A program made the position numbers and the translations under genes. 64,000 nt of DNA, taken from positions 1 to 64,000 of the forward strand of contig JBMYNR010000002.1 in the NCBI GenBank assembly GCA_049598495.1. Direction: 5' to 3'. This document shows positions 1 to 10,381 of the stretch, piece by piece (position 1 is the first letter of the stretch; each line of letters begins with the position of its first letter). This DNA is from Opitutales bacterium (GTDB taxonomy: Bacteria; Verrucomicrobiota; Verrucomicrobiia; Opitutales; Coraliomargaritaceae). Under the pieces are notes generated by a model. That model did not search any database. It was given only the letters and a program-made list of their open reading frames with translations, and was not told the DNA's origin.

Positions 1-489
1 AGAAGAAGTTGGGACTACTGGCGACACGGGACTCTAAACCTGTTCGCAGCACTGAACGTGCAAACCGGCGAAGTGCTGGGGAAATGTTACTCCAGGCATC
101 GCAGCAGCGAGTTCCTCGCTTTCCTGCGGGAAGTCGAGAAGTCACTTCCGGAGCGCTCCGACGAGGATCCCTATGAAGTGCATCTTGTGATGGACAACTA
201 CGTGACACACAAAGCCGCCAAGGTAAATGCATGGCTGGCGAAGCGTCCGCACTGGCATATCCACTTCACCCCCACTTACAGTTCATGGCTCAATCAAGTT
301 GAGCGCTTCTTCGGAATTATCACCGACAAACAGATACGTAGATCCTCGTTCAATAGTCTCCAATCACTCAGGGATGCGATCTACAGCTTTATCGAAAAAT
401 ATAACCAAGACCCAAAGCCGTTTAACTGGACGGCGGATGCAGACCTAATACTCGGTAAAGTCGAAAGAATATGTAGCGAACTTCGCTGA
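1..489 (+). CDS. IS630-family transposase, C-terminal DDE part (5' end outside window)
   Basis: Motifs HLVMDNYVTHK and HFTPTYSSWLNQVERFF are typical of IS630 DDE domains. Confidence 0.92.
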   Translation, partial: RRSWDYWRHGTLNLFAALNVQTGEVLGKCYSRHRSSEFLAFLREVEKSLPERSDEDPYEVHLVMDNYVTHKAAKVNAWLAKRPHWHIHFTPTYSSWLNQVERFFGIITDKQIRRSSFNSLQSLRDAIYSFIEKYNQDPKPFNWTADADLILGKVERICSELR

Positions 490-499
490 CACCACACTA
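1..499 (+). mobile_element. Right end of IS630-family IS
   Basis: Transposase stop at 489 is followed by ...CACCACAC-TA(G), consistent with an IS630 end at a TA target. Confidence 0.75.
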
Positions 500-709
500 G
501 GGCACATTGCATTTAGTTAGAACTTCTGATGAGGCCTTGTTCGAGAGGTCAGGGCCTTGAATCGATCGATAGGCGGGGCTGGGGGGATGTTTGCTTCCAG
601 CTGGGTTGGTCGCAGCGATACGGGTCTCGACCCGCACCCGCTGCACCCGTCTTACTGGCAACAAAAATGACACCCAGCCAGTTATTCTACCCAAGTGCAG
701 TCGGCTCTA
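498..709. mobile_element. MITE family A, copy 1
   Basis: Imperfect ~25-bp terminal IRs (TAGGGCACATTGCATTTAGTTAGAA ... TTCTACCCAAGTGCAGTCGGCTCTA), TA ends, highly similar to 1138-1330. Confidence 0.85.
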
Positions 710-777
710 GGGACGGATAAAAGTAAGACTCAAATTTCGTGCTTTACATGTTATGATATAATTATAGCTTTTTGAGT

Positions 778-1140
778 ATGGAATCCGATGAGCCCCGTTG
801 GAACTTTTTCACAAATCATGCGCATGTGCTGTTTTATTTGAAGGCGCATCCGGACGAGCCTCTGCGCAAAGTGGCCCTCGCAATCGGGATCACCGAGCGG
901 GCGGTGCAGCGGATCGTGGCCGAACTCGAGGAGGGTGGCTGCCTGACTCGGACTCGGGTTGGTCGGAAGAACCACTACGAGATTAATGGCTCCGTGCCGC
1001 TCCGGCACAGCCTGGAGTCACGTCAGACGGTGCAGGACCTGCTAGATTTTGTGGCGGCGAGGGAATCGGAGTCTGATATACTGGATGAATACAAGGCATT
1101 GGAGAATTGGACGGTGGGAGAGAAGGGCTCAATTACTTAA
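778..1140 (+). CDS. Winged-helix transcriptional regulator (MarR/AsnC-like HTH)
   Basis: WNFFTNHAHVL...LRKVALAIGITERAVQRIVAELEEGG HTH pattern; ATG at 778 preferred over TTG at 772. Confidence 0.85.
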   Translation: MESDEPRWNFFTNHAHVLFYLKAHPDEPLRKVALAIGITERAVQRIVAELEEGGCLTRTRVGRKNHYEINGSVPLRHSLESRQTVQDLLDFVAARESESDILDEYKALENWTVGEKGSIT

Positions 1141-1330
1141 AGCCGATTGCATTTCGTTAGAACTTCTGGTGAGGCCTTGAATCGATGGAAAGGCGGGACT
1201 GGGGGGATGTTTGCTGCCAGCTGCGTTGGTCGCAGCGATACGGGTCTCGACCCGCACCCGCTGCACCCGTCTGGCTGGCAACAAAAATAACACCCAGCCG
1301 GTTATTCTACCTAAATACGCAGTTGCTCTA
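1138..1330. mobile_element. MITE family A, copy 2
   Basis: Direct-orientation near-copy of 498-709 with the same terminal IRs; its first bases form the TAA stop of the HTH gene. Confidence 0.85.
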
Positions 1331-1360
1331 GGGCGGGCATGTCTCCGATTGTGACATTTA

Positions 1361-1386
1361 AACATATCATTTTATCCTGATATGTT
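1361..1386. promoter_or_regulatory. Palindromic operator upstream of metK (SahR-like)
   Basis: AACATATCA-N8-TGATATGTT perfect inverted repeat ~50 bp before the metK ATG. Confidence 0.6.
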
Positions 1387-1435
1387 GATATAATACTTGC
1401 AGTTTCATACGGCTCGGCATTAGTTCGCAGTCGTC

Positions 1436-2599
1436 ATGAGTAAGCATTTCATTTTTTCCTCCGAATCAGTTGGTGAAGGCCATCCCGATAAAGTTTCCGA
1501 CTATATTTCTGACAGCGTGCTCGACGCTTGCCTGGAGCAAGATCCCAAGAGCCGTGTTGCCTGCGAGACGCTCGTCAAGAGCAACTGCGTGGTGCTGGCC
1601 GGTGAGATCACGACGAATGCCGCACTCAATTATGAGAGCATCGTTCGCGATGCCATTCGAGATATTGGCTACGTGAATGACGACGATGTCTTCCACGCGG
1701 ACAAGGTTTTCATATCCAATATTTTGACTGCCCAGTCTTCGGATATTGCTCAAGGTGTGGATGCTGCGGGTGCTATTGGCAAGGGTACGGAAGAGCAAGG
1801 GGCCGGCGACCAGGGTATTATGTTCGGCTACGCCTGTAACCAAACTGCGGAACTGATGCCGGCTCCGATTATGTTTGCCCACCGTCTGCTCCGCGAGATG
1901 GCCCACCAGCGCAAGGATGTGAGAGTGCCTTGGCTCCGACCGGATGTGAAGAGTCAGGTTGCCCTTGAGTATGTCGACGGCAAGCCGGTTGCGATCAAGA
2001 ATGTGGTGATTTCGACCCAACACGCGGCCGATGTGAAGCATGCAGAGATCAAGGAGTTTTGTATCGAAGAGGTCATTCGTAAGGTGCTTCCTGCGGAGCT
2101 GCTTAAGGAGGATACCGAGTATTTGATCAACCCAACGGGTAATTTTGTCATCGGTGGCCCGCAAGGCGACGCCGGTCTAACTGGCCGAAAGATCATCGTC
2201 GACACCTACGGCGGCTGGGCCCGTCACGGTGGGGGGGCTTTCTCCGGGAAAGACCCGTCCAAGGTCGACCGATCGGCCGCTTACTTTACCCGATGGGTCG
2301 CCAAGAACATTGTGGCCGCCGGTCTCGCCGACGAGTGCGAGCTTGAAGTTGCTTATGCGATCGGCCATCCGTATCCGACGAGTATCCATGTGGACACTTT
2401 CGGCACGGGTAAGGAGAGCGACGACAAGATTGCCGAAGCCGCACAGAAAGTCTTCAGCTTCAAGCCGGCCGACATCGTCAGCCAGCTTGATCTGCTGCGT
2501 CCTATCTACCGGGAGTCGACGCACTACGGCCACTACGCCAAGGATAACCTTCCTTGGGAATCAACCGAAAAGGCCGACGAACTGAAGGCCGCGCTGTAG
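1436..2599 (+). CDS. metK: S-adenosylmethionine synthetase
   Basis: [16 protein letters not shown] and GGGAFSGKD signatures. Confidence 0.99.
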   Translation: MSKHFIFSSESVGEGHPDKVSDYISDSVLDACLEQDPKSRVACETLVKSNCVVLAGEITTNAALNYESIVRDAIRDIGYVNDDDVFHADKVFISNILTAQSSDIAQGVDAAGAIGKGTEEQGAGDQGIMFGYACNQTAELMPAPIMFAHRLLREMAHQRKDVRVPWLRPDVKSQVALEYVDGKPVAIKNVVISTQHAADVKHAEIKEFCIEEVIRKVLPAELLKEDTEYLINPTGNFVIGGPQGDAGLTGRKIIVDTYGGWARHGGGAFSGKDPSKVDRSAAYFTRWVAKNIVAAGLADECELEVAYAIGHPYPTSIHVDTFGTGKESDDKIAEAAQKVFSFKPADIVSQLDLLRPIYRESTHYGHYAKDNLPWESTEKADELKAAL

Positions 2600-2605
2600 T
2601 TTTCT

Positions 2606-2633
2606 GCCCGCGAAGTTACGCGAAGGAACGCGA
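2606..2633. repeat. Left inverted-repeat flank of GxxExxY gene
   Basis: GCCCGCGAAGTTACGCGAAGGAACGCGA is an imperfect reverse complement of 3038-3067. Confidence 0.75.
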
Positions 2634-2642
2634 TGGAATGGT

Positions 2643-3041
2643 ATGAGTGAAGAGACTGATCTAATTTATAAGGAAGCGTGCTTTGCCATTATCGGTTCCT
2701 GTATGCGTGTGCACTCTGACAAGGGAAACGGTTTTCTTGAAGCCGTTTATCAGGAATGCTTGGAAATCGATTTTGAGCTAGAGCAAATCCAATTTGAAGC
2801 CCAAGCACCTCTTCGGTTGGAATACCGTGGTCGTGAGCTCAAGCAGCGTTACAAGCCGGATTTCTGTGTATTCGATCAAATCGTTTTGGAAATTAAGGCA
2901 GTTAAAGCACTCACTGACGAACACCGTTCACAGGTGCTAAACTATCTCACTGCAACCGGATATCCTCTCGGGATTCTCGTCAACTTTGGCGCTTATGGTC
3001 GTCTCGAATGGGAACGAATCGTGAATACCGAGCAATCTTAG
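2643..3041 (+). CDS. GxxExxY protein (PD-(D/E)XK nuclease-like)
   Basis: GFLEAVY motif, YKPDF...IVLEIKAV, QVLNYL...GILVNFG. Confidence 0.93.
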   Translation: MSEETDLIYKEACFAIIGSCMRVHSDKGNGFLEAVYQECLEIDFELEQIQFEAQAPLRLEYRGRELKQRYKPDFCVFDQIVLEIKAVKALTDEHRSQVLNYLTATGYPLGILVNFGAYGRLEWERIVNTEQS

Positions 3042-3067
3042 CGTCTTCTTCGCGCCCCTTCGCGGGC
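3038..3067. repeat. Right inverted-repeat flank of GxxExxY gene
   Basis: TTAGCGTCTTCTTCGCGCCCCTTCGCGGGC, complementary to 2606-2633. Confidence 0.75.
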
Positions 3068-3097
3068 CAAAAAATTTAAACCAAGAATCAAAACATT

Positions 3098-4543
3098 ATG
3101 GCCACAGACACCCTCACCAAGACCTCGACCGACTACAAGGTCAAAGACATCAACCTCGCTGATTTCGGACAGAAGGAGATCGAAATTGCCCAACACGAAA
3201 TGCCGGGCCTCATGGCGACCCGCGAAAAGTATAAGGGTGAGCAGCCACTTAAGGGCGTGCGCATTATGGGTTCGCTGCACATGACGGTGCAGACTGCGGT
3301 TCTGATCGAGACGTTGAAGGAACTCGGCGCCGACGTTCGCTGGTGCTCCTGTAATATTTTCTCCACTCAAGACCATGCGGCTGCCTACGTGGCCAAGAAT
3401 CTCGGCGTGCCGGTCTTCGCTTGGAAGGGCGAGACACTCGAAGAATACTGGTGGTGCACCGAGCAGGCGCTCACTTGGCCGGACGGCTCAGGTCCCCAGT
3501 TGATCGTCGACGATGGTGGTGATGCCACACTGCTGATCCACAAGGGCTACGAGCTTGAGGGCGGTAGCGACTGGGTTGAGACCGAGTCGGGCAGCCTCGA
3601 AGAGCAGGTCATCAAAGACCTCCTCAAGAAGATCCACAGTGAGAAGCCGGACCACTGGCACAACGTCGTGAAGGAATGGAAGGGTGTTTCCGAGGAAACG
3701 ACCACCGGTGTGCACCGCCTCTATGAGATGCACAACGCCGGCAAGTTGCTCGTTCCTGCGATTAACGTGAACGACTCCGTGACCAAGTCGAAGTTCGATA
3801 ACCTCTACGGCTGCCGCGAGTCCCTCCTTGACGGGATCAAGCGCGCGACCGATGTGATGGTTGCCGGCAAGGTCGGTGTGGTTTGTGGTTACGGTGATGT
3901 TGGTAAGGGTTGTGCCTTCGCGCTTAAGGGCATGGGTGCGCAGGTCGTTGTGACTGAAGTGGATCCAATTTGCGCACTGCAAGCGGCCATGGAGGGCTTT
4001 CGTGTGCTGACGGTTGAAGACACACTCGGCTGGGGCGACATCTATGTGACCACCACCGGCAACTACGGCATCATTACGGCGGACCACATGTCCAAGATGA
4101 AGGATCAGGCCATCGTCTGTAACATCGGCCACTTCGACAACGAGATCGAAGTGGATAAGCTCAACGACATGCCGGGGGTCGACCTCGAAGAGATTAAGCC
4201 TGACCACGAGGGCGCGGTCGACAAGTATACCTTCCCAACGGGTAACAGCATTTACCTCTTGGCCAAGGGGCGTCTCGTCAACCTTGGCTGTGCTACGGGT
4301 CACCCATCTTTTGTGATGTCCAACAGTTTCACGAATCAGGCGCTCGCTCAGATCGAGCTTTGGAAGCAAGTCGAAAAGTATACGCCGGGTGTCTACATTT
4401 TACCGAAACACATTGACGAGGAAGTGGCCCGCCTGCACCTCGAGAAGATCGGCTGCAAGCTGACCAAGCTGAGCAATGAGCAGGCGGCCTACATCGGTGT
4501 AAAGCCGGGAGGCCCCTACAAGTCGGAGCACTACCGCTACTAG
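3098..4543 (+). CDS. ahcY: Adenosylhomocysteinase
   Basis: [47 protein letters not shown]. Confidence 0.99.
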   Translation: MATDTLTKTSTDYKVKDINLADFGQKEIEIAQHEMPGLMATREKYKGEQPLKGVRIMGSLHMTVQTAVLIETLKELGADVRWCSCNIFSTQDHAAAYVAKNLGVPVFAWKGETLEEYWWCTEQALTWPDGSGPQLIVDDGGDATLLIHKGYELEGGSDWVETESGSLEEQVIKDLLKKIHSEKPDHWHNVVKEWKGVSEETTTGVHRLYEMHNAGKLLVPAINVNDSVTKSKFDNLYGCRESLLDGIKRATDVMVAGKVGVVCGYGDVGKGCAFALKGMGAQVVVTEVDPICALQAAMEGFRVLTVEDTLGWGDIYVTTTGNYGIITADHMSKMKDQAIVCNIGHFDNEIEVDKLNDMPGVDLEEIKPDHEGAVDKYTFPTGNSIYLLAKGRLVNLGCATGHPSFVMSNSFTNQALAQIELWKQVEKYTPGVYILPKHIDEEVARLHLEKIGCKLTKLSNEQAAYIGVKPGGPYKSEHYRY

Positions 4544-4563
4544 ACGACTGGGAATCCCATTTC

Positions 4564-4591
4564 AAAAGCGCGTCCGGGAGGGCGCGCTTTT
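4564..4591. terminator. Bidirectional intrinsic terminator
   Basis: AAAAGCGCG...CGCGCTTTT hairpin between convergent genes. Confidence 0.8.
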
Positions 4592-4638
4592 AATTTTATA
4601 GGAACTTGTTTTTATAGCAGCGCAGCCTGAAGTGGCGC

Positions 4639-5221
4639 TTACATTTTCCGACGGTTGGCTATGTATGCCAGTGCAAACAGACTGACCAGAAGTGAGTAGG
4701 CACTTGGTTCTGGGACGACTGTAAGTGTGCCGGTTGTGGACAAATCATTTAGCCATAGGAGGCCTTCGGCGAGATCCGGCAAGTTGACCGTGTCAAACCA
4801 GCCGGTAACCGTGCCCTGAAAGTCGAATAAGACGAATGTGTCGCCTTCTGCTGGCTCAAACAAACCGGATCCCAGATCGATGAGTATTACATCCAGCGTG
4901 CCTGCCAGTTCGGTATCACCAGTTACAATGAGTTGGTCGTAGCCAGCAGCACCTGCTGTGGTGCCTCCGATCTCCATCTCTAGAGTGGCGCTCCCATCCT
5001 GTATGTAAGACCCAAAAGTCGAGATGGCCGGCGATGATCCGGGGGCGACGATGCCTCCATTGTTGGTCACCGTGCCACTCACAGAGATAGCTTCAAGGGT
5101 GCCGCCATTTAGCGTCGCAGATCCGTTGAGGTTTTGGATACCGACGAAGCCTGCGCTCTGAATTACATTTCCGGTTACCGTATGTGCATTTAGTGTGCCG
5201 TCGGTGAGGTTCACATCTCCT
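4639..5221 (-). pseudogene. 5'-truncated PEP-CTERM surface protein (beta-helix/autotransporter-like tail)
   Basis: GGIVAPGSSP, YDQLIVTG and C-terminal VPEPSAYSLL...NRRKM; no start or signal peptide, coding sequence begins at the 59-bp repeat. Confidence 0.75.
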
Positions 5222-5280
5222 ACTGATAGGAATTTGCTTTTCGGCGGCGTCAGCCCTTCGACTGACTCAGGACAGGACGC
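5222..5280. repeat. 59-bp direct repeat, copy 1
   Basis: 52/59 identical to 6997-7055 by manual alignment. Confidence 0.9.
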
Positions 5281-5393
5281 CGGGGTGAGGGTTGAACTTC
5301 TCCGAAGGATCAAGGGCTTTCCTCTTCGACAGGAAATACGGCGTCGCCGGCTCCAAATTCTCGACTGCTCCGGTTGCCGTCCGGGGGGCCGAC

Positions 5394-6991
5394 TCAAGGT
5401 TCGATAGAGATCGGAGGTTCAGCCTCCGTCCCAAAGATGTTCTCGAACTCCTCGCGGAAGCGGGACGAAATTGAGTAGGTCATCCGGTCGAGCCGATGGG
5501 GGTTGGACGTGATTCCGATCGGGGTGCTCACTTCGCTTATCTTTTTCCCGTTTCGATTGATTACGAGTTTCAAGGGGCCGTCCGATTCGGGTCGGGGTAG
5601 GTCCGTGATTTGCAGGCCTTCCGAAACCGCTCCTTGATCCAGGCCGTTGAGAACGAGTCGAGCGGGTTCGGTAAGAATTGTGACGGCTTGAATGACATCC
5701 TCCGCCGCCGGTTGGTCGCGCGAGCTCTTTACGTCAATGGTGATCGAGTTTTCGGGCGCGATATCGTGGGGATGCTTCTTGAAGAAGAGCATCGCGAGGT
5801 CCGCAAAAGGTTCCGGTTGCCCCAGCCATTTCGCCTTAAAGTGCCGTAGGAGGATTGACGGTGCGAAGTTGTGGTTGACCTCGGGGGCGAGGTGGTGGCC
5901 CTCCGGCCAGTCGTTCCAAGTCACGTAGTTGATCATCGCGGCATCGCGGTCGATTGCGTCTTGCAACATCGCGGCCTGGCCCCGCGCGAGGTCGGTCTGT
6001 CGATAATGCCGCTCCAGGTCCTCAGCTCCAGTCTTGAGGGCCCTGTCCTTCAGATAGATTTCGTAGCGGTGATCGTCGCGCGCGTAAACTTTGGACGTGT
6101 AGTATGTTGGGTAAACAGTCTGCGTGTAGGTGATCCCGCGTTGAGCGCATAGCCCCGCGAGATAGTCCCAGAACTCAGGCTCTTCATCGACCTGAACCCA
6201 GCCCCAGACTGCCGGGAAATGGGCGAAGATCGCGTCGAAATATGGGCCATCAACAACCTTTCTTCGGACATGAAAGACTCAGTCGATTGGCTCGCCGGCA
6301 CGATCCGCAAGCCTGTCGAAGGCTGCCGCTATCAGGTGGATGTGCTCGTGGGCCGGGCAAGGTGAGGTACTCCGTCGGCCATCTTGTCGGTTACCCAATG
6401 AAAGAAAAGAAGTTTGCCGTCACTTGTGCGAAGCCAGGATTCCAGAGTCGAGGTTTCCTCGAGCAGCGCCTTTAGGCCGCCCCCCCAGAACTCGATGCGC
6501 TCCGCTTCGGAAATATCTCGGTCCCGGCCGCCGACACAGAGACAGAGCGAGAGTTTGAAGCCGGGGTATTCCGCGGCGGCGGTTTCAACGAACGTCCTGA
6601 TAATCCGGTTGTAGTCTTGGATCGCGCGCTCGTGTTGAAAGTAGGGGTAGTAAAACTGGAAGCCGTCGATGCCCAAGCTGATTGCTGTCTCGATTTCGAA
6701 ACGGATGGCATCCTCGAAAGGCATGTTCCAGTTCAGGACTGCCCACATTGGCTGAACATGATGCAGGCCACCAAGCGTTGCGGTGCTTCCATGCGGATCG
6801 TAGCTGTCGGGATCGACCCAATAGCGCTCTCCCGTAGGACCGGGTATCATCTTCGTCATGTAGTGCGCGAGAACGAGTCGACCTTCCGGAATGAGCGGTT
6901 CGGCGACCGCCATTTGTGGTGAGCCGCATGAAGCGAGGAGAAGAACCGGCAGCAATACGTGAAGTCGAAAAAGCAAGTTGCGTGCGGGCAT
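5394..6991 (-). pseudogene. Glycoside hydrolase family 71/99-like lipoprotein, disrupted
   Basis: Lipobox LASC, VLAHYM, EIETAISLGIDGF and later TWNDWPEGHH; continuity requires a frameshift near 6350, an in-frame TGA near 6280 and another frameshift near 6260. Confidence 0.75.
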
Positions 6992-6996
6992 TTTCA

Positions 6997-7055
6997 ACTG
7001 ATGGGAATTTGCTTTTTGGCGGCGACAGCTCTTCGACTGGCTCCGGGCAGGACGC
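6997..7055. repeat. 59-bp direct repeat, copy 2
   Basis: See 5222-5280. Confidence 0.9.
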
Positions 7056-7070
7056 TCGGGCAGAGGCTTG

Positions 7071-7142
7071 GCCCACGAATGACACGAATTAGCACGAATG
7101 TTATATGGATGGGGTTCGCGGGGATTGGTGAGATTCGTGGGC
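7071..7142. repeat. Palindromic element with reiterated CACGAAT units
   Basis: GCCCACGAATGACACGAATTAGCACGAAT ... ATTGGTGAGATTCGTGGGC. Confidence 0.7.
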
Positions 7143-7146
7143 TTTA

Positions 7147-8019
7147 TTATTTCAATAAGCTGCCGATCATACTTTCTGCCTGCGAGGCGTAGCCACCGCC
7201 GAAGAGGTTGGCATGGTTGAGCACGTGATAGATATTATAGAGCGTTTTACGCTGCTCGTAGCCGCTGGGGAGAGGGTAGACGCTTTCGTAGGCTGCGTAG
7301 AATGCTCCGGGAAATCCGCCGAAGAATTCACTGAAGGCGAGGTCGGTCTCGCGGTCGCCGTAGTAGCTGGCGGGGTCGTAGATGACCGGGCTGCCATCCG
7401 ATAGGAAGCCGGCGTTGCCTGACCAGAGATCCCCGTGGCAGAGGGCGGGCACGGGGTCATGTGGACCAAGGAGTTGCCGCGCCGTATCCAACAGCGCCCC
7501 TGTGGATCGGAAACGGAATCCATTGCCCGCCGCCATCTTGAGTTGTGGCCCGAGGCGCTGCTCGCAGAAGAAGTCGGCCCAGGTTGTCGTCCGGGTATTC
7601 GATTGGGGACTTTCTCCGATATAGTTGTCGCGGTGCCAGCCAAACTGGTCGCCGTGGACGCGGTGTAGAGCGGCAAGCTGTCGACCCATCTCGCTCCATC
7701 CATCGGGCCCGGGGTTGCCAAATTCCAGTGCCTCCATAATCAATGCGCTGTGTCCGGCGATGTGTGCCTCGGCGATGGGCGCCGGACAGGCGATGAGGCC
7801 CGCCCTTCGGATTGCCCGGAGACTGTCTGCCTCGGCCGCTAAGACATCTGCCTTGGAAGCTTCGTTGATCTTCACGAAATAGCGACCGGAGTCGCCGATC
7901 AGCAGGTAGCTTTTGTGGATGCAACCGCCGCCCGCCTGCCGGGTCGACTTGGTTGTAAACGGCGTCTCGGTCGCCTCGGAGATAAGTCGATCCAGTTCCG
8001 ACTTTATAGCCGTATTCAT
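7147..8019 (-). CDS. Fructosamine kinase family protein
   Basis: GGGCI, YFVKIN, FGWHRDNYIG, LCHGDLWSGN, YDPASYYGDRETDLA. Confidence 0.95.
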   Translation of the reverse strand: MNTAIKSELDRLISEATETPFTTKSTRQAGGGCIHKSYLLIGDSGRYFVKINEASKADVLAAEADSLRAIRRAGLIACPAPIAEAHIAGHSALIMEALEFGNPGPDGWSEMGRQLAALHRVHGDQFGWHRDNYIGESPQSNTRTTTWADFFCEQRLGPQLKMAAGNGFRFRSTGALLDTARQLLGPHDPVPALCHGDLWSGNAGFLSDGSPVIYDPASYYGDRETDLAFSEFFGGFPGAFYAAYESVYPLPSGYEQRKTLYNIYHVLNHANLFGGGYASQAESMIGSLLK

Positions 8020-8123
8020 GGTGTTCGAGACTCGCCGATGAGCTTTCAGGCTGCAAACCTTTGTTCCTCTCCATGACGGATTGCATTTGCGGTTGGCCGA
8101 GCGAATGCTTTTGATTCAGCAAT

Positions 8124-8864
8124 ATGTCAGATACTGTTGTGCATCCAAAGATTGAAACCCGTGGCTTGATTAAGGAATACGGCAAGCGTCGTGTGGTGAA
8201 CGGCGTTGATGTCAATGTAAACGCGGGTGAGATAGTCGGCCTTCTGGGACCAAACGGTGCCGGTAAGACCACGACTTTCTACATGGTGGTGGGTTTGGTT
8301 CCGGCCACGGAGGGACGTGTCTTTCTGAACAACGATGAGCTGACCGATTTGCCGATGCATCGCCGAGCCCGCTGCGGTATTGGATATCTTCCGCAGGAGG
8401 CGTCGATCTTTCGCAAGATGACCGTGGAGCAGAACATTCGGGCGATCGCCGAGACCATGCCGTTCAGTAAGGCCCAACGTGAAGCGTCAATAAAGGAACA
8501 CCTCGAGGAACTCGGGCTCACCCATCTGGCGAAGCAAAAAGCCTTTACCTTGAGTGGTGGTGAGCGTCGCCGTCTGGAAATCTCTCGTGCTCTCGTGACC
8601 AAGCCGAAGTTTCTGCTCATGGATGAACCCTTTAGTGGGGTTGACCCAATCAGTGTGAGTGAAGTGCAGAAAATTATCGTTCAACTCAAGGAACGGGGTA
8701 TCGGTGTGTTGATCACGGACCATAATGTGCGTGAGACACTCGCTATTGTCGACCGTGCCTACCTCTTGCACGAGGGCTCGATCCTAAGTGAGGGGAGCAG
8801 TGAGTTTCTGATCAATGATCCGAAGAGCCGGGAATTCTATCTCGGTGATGATTTCAATATGTAA
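8124..8864 (+). CDS. lptB: LPS export ABC transporter ATP-binding protein
   Basis: [44 protein letters not shown]. Confidence 0.96.
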   Translation: MSDTVVHPKIETRGLIKEYGKRRVVNGVDVNVNAGEIVGLLGPNGAGKTTTFYMVVGLVPATEGRVFLNNDELTDLPMHRRARCGIGYLPQEASIFRKMTVEQNIRAIAETMPFSKAQREASIKEHLEELGLTHLAKQKAFTLSGGERRRLEISRALVTKPKFLLMDEPFSGVDPISVSEVQKIIVQLKERGIGVLITDHNVRETLAIVDRAYLLHEGSILSEGSSEFLINDPKSREFYLGDDFNM

Positions 8865-8878
8865 AGAAGGAGTTTTCA

Positions 8879-9847
8879 ATGGCCGTTATCCAGCGCAACA
8901 ATACCAAATTCGTCGAAGCTGTTTCCGTTCGTGATTTCTACGAATCGTTTAAGGAGCCGCTGGAGATGGAGCTCGTCGCGGGTGAATCCGGGCTGGATAA
9001 CATGATCAAGGAGCGGAGCCTGAATCGGCCCGCACTCGCCATGGTCGGCTTCTTCAAGGCCTTTGCGGCTAAGCGGATCCAGCTACTCGGGGCCGGGGAG
9101 ATGGCCTTCCTTCGGGAGAAATCCCAGCAGGAACAAAGCGCGATCATGGGAGAGATTTTGAAACGGAAGGTTCCATGTCTCGTCATTTCCAGGAATTTGG
9201 CTCCGTCAAAGAGCTTCTGTGCGCTCGCTGAAAAATCCAAAACTCCGATCATTCGCTCACCGCTCAAATCGAAGACCTTCACGACCGAGGCGACGCTTCT
9301 GCTGGAAGATAAGTTCGCACCTCGTACGCATATGCATGGAACGCTTTTGGATATCCAGGGCATCGGTGCCTTGATCTGTGGTGAGAGTGGTGTGGGGAAG
9401 AGTGAATGTGCCCTCGCGCTGATTGAGCGGGGCCACAGTCTAGTGGCCGACGATTTGACTTATATCAAACGAGTGAGTGAGCGTGAACTGATCGGTTCTT
9501 CTTCCGAACTGAGTCGCGGCTATATGGAGTGTCGAGGTCTCGGGATCATTAATATTGCCGAGCTTTTCGGCGTTCGCTCTGTACGGTTGGAGAAACGCGT
9601 GGATCTTGTCATCAATTTTATGAACTGGTCCCACGGAATGCATGAAGAGCGGACTGGTTTGGAGGGGCAGAATCTAGAAATTCTCGGATTAAAGGTGCCC
9701 TTGATGGAAATTCCCGTGCGCCCCGGTCGGGACATGGCACGACTCGTTGAAGTCGCGGCCATGGTCCAGGCACAGATGAAAATTGGCCACGATTCAGCGG
9801 CTGAATTCAATAACCGCTTGATCGCACACATGTCGAAATCGGGCTGA
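8879..9847 (+). CDS. hprK: HPr kinase/phosphorylase
   Basis: [40 protein letters not shown]. Confidence 0.97.
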   Translation: MAVIQRNNTKFVEAVSVRDFYESFKEPLEMELVAGESGLDNMIKERSLNRPALAMVGFFKAFAAKRIQLLGAGEMAFLREKSQQEQSAIMGEILKRKVPCLVISRNLAPSKSFCALAEKSKTPIIRSPLKSKTFTTEATLLLEDKFAPRTHMHGTLLDIQGIGALICGESGVGKSECALALIERGHSLVADDLTYIKRVSERELIGSSSELSRGYMECRGLGIINIAELFGVRSVRLEKRVDLVINFMNWSHGMHEERTGLEGQNLEILGLKVPLMEIPVRPGRDMARLVEVAAMVQAQMKIGHDSAAEFNNRLIAHMSKSG

Positions 9848-10040
9848 GGCTATTTTTTTGAACACAAATGAATTTTTTTGCATGCCGATTTTTTAGCAGG
9901 CGATGAAGTAACGCTTAAAAGAAGCCTGATATTCATCGGGGCACGGATGCCGAAATACCGATTTTTCAGTGAGTAACAGAACTGAGGTATGCGCGAGACA
10001 TGGAGGGCGAACAGAGAAAAAAAGAGCATGGGGAATAGAC

Positions 10041-10352
10041 TGTGAATAACTTGTGCAGAACTTGGCCTTGCCAAGGGCATTTGAGCGGTCGATTCTATCG
10101 ATACGGTGAACCTTTCATCATAATGCCGACATTCTTAGCCCCTAATCCTCAAGGATTTACAACTTTCCCGATAAAACCTAAAAATACAAAAAAGTTTCCT
10201 AAAACACTGATATACAAGTATTAATAAGCTTAATAAACTTTTTACACTTCTGCCCCAACACTGCATCGGCAGCGAAACGACAGGATTACCAGCACTTTCA
10301 TCGCAGCTTCTCGCGGGAATGTGACATTTCGACACCGTCTCGCTGTGAACAA
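10041..10352. promoter_or_regulatory. dnaA upstream region with DnaA-box-like sites and AT-rich tract
   Basis: TGTGAATAA (10041-10049, matches TTWTNCACA on the minus strand), degenerate TGTGCAGAA (10052) and TGTGAACAA (10344); AT-rich ~10150-10245. Confidence 0.55.
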
Positions 10353-10381
10353 TTCACATTTCTTTACTTTTTTCGCGCTCC

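Noticed and set aside
734..761. dif-like string ATTTCGTGCTT-TACATG-TTATGATATAA
   Set aside because: The XerC arm lacks the conserved ATAA; better explained as the promoter (TTTACA/TATAAT) of the HTH gene
497..1365. Similar short ORFs 497-694 and 1129-1365 (minus strand)
   Set aside because: Translations of the MITE copies, not independent genes
1331..1435. SAM/SAH riboswitch upstream of metK
   Set aside because: The leader is short and AT-rich with no recognisable riboswitch core; an Rfam scan would be needed to exclude it fully
5222..5397. N-terminal extension of the PEP-CTERM ORF to 5397
   Set aside because: Reads through the 59-bp repeat and has no signal peptide; treated as fortuitous
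9848..10381. Confident oriC call
   Set aside because: Only one consensus DnaA box, no dnaN, and the sampled skew does not switch here; kept only as a regulatory region
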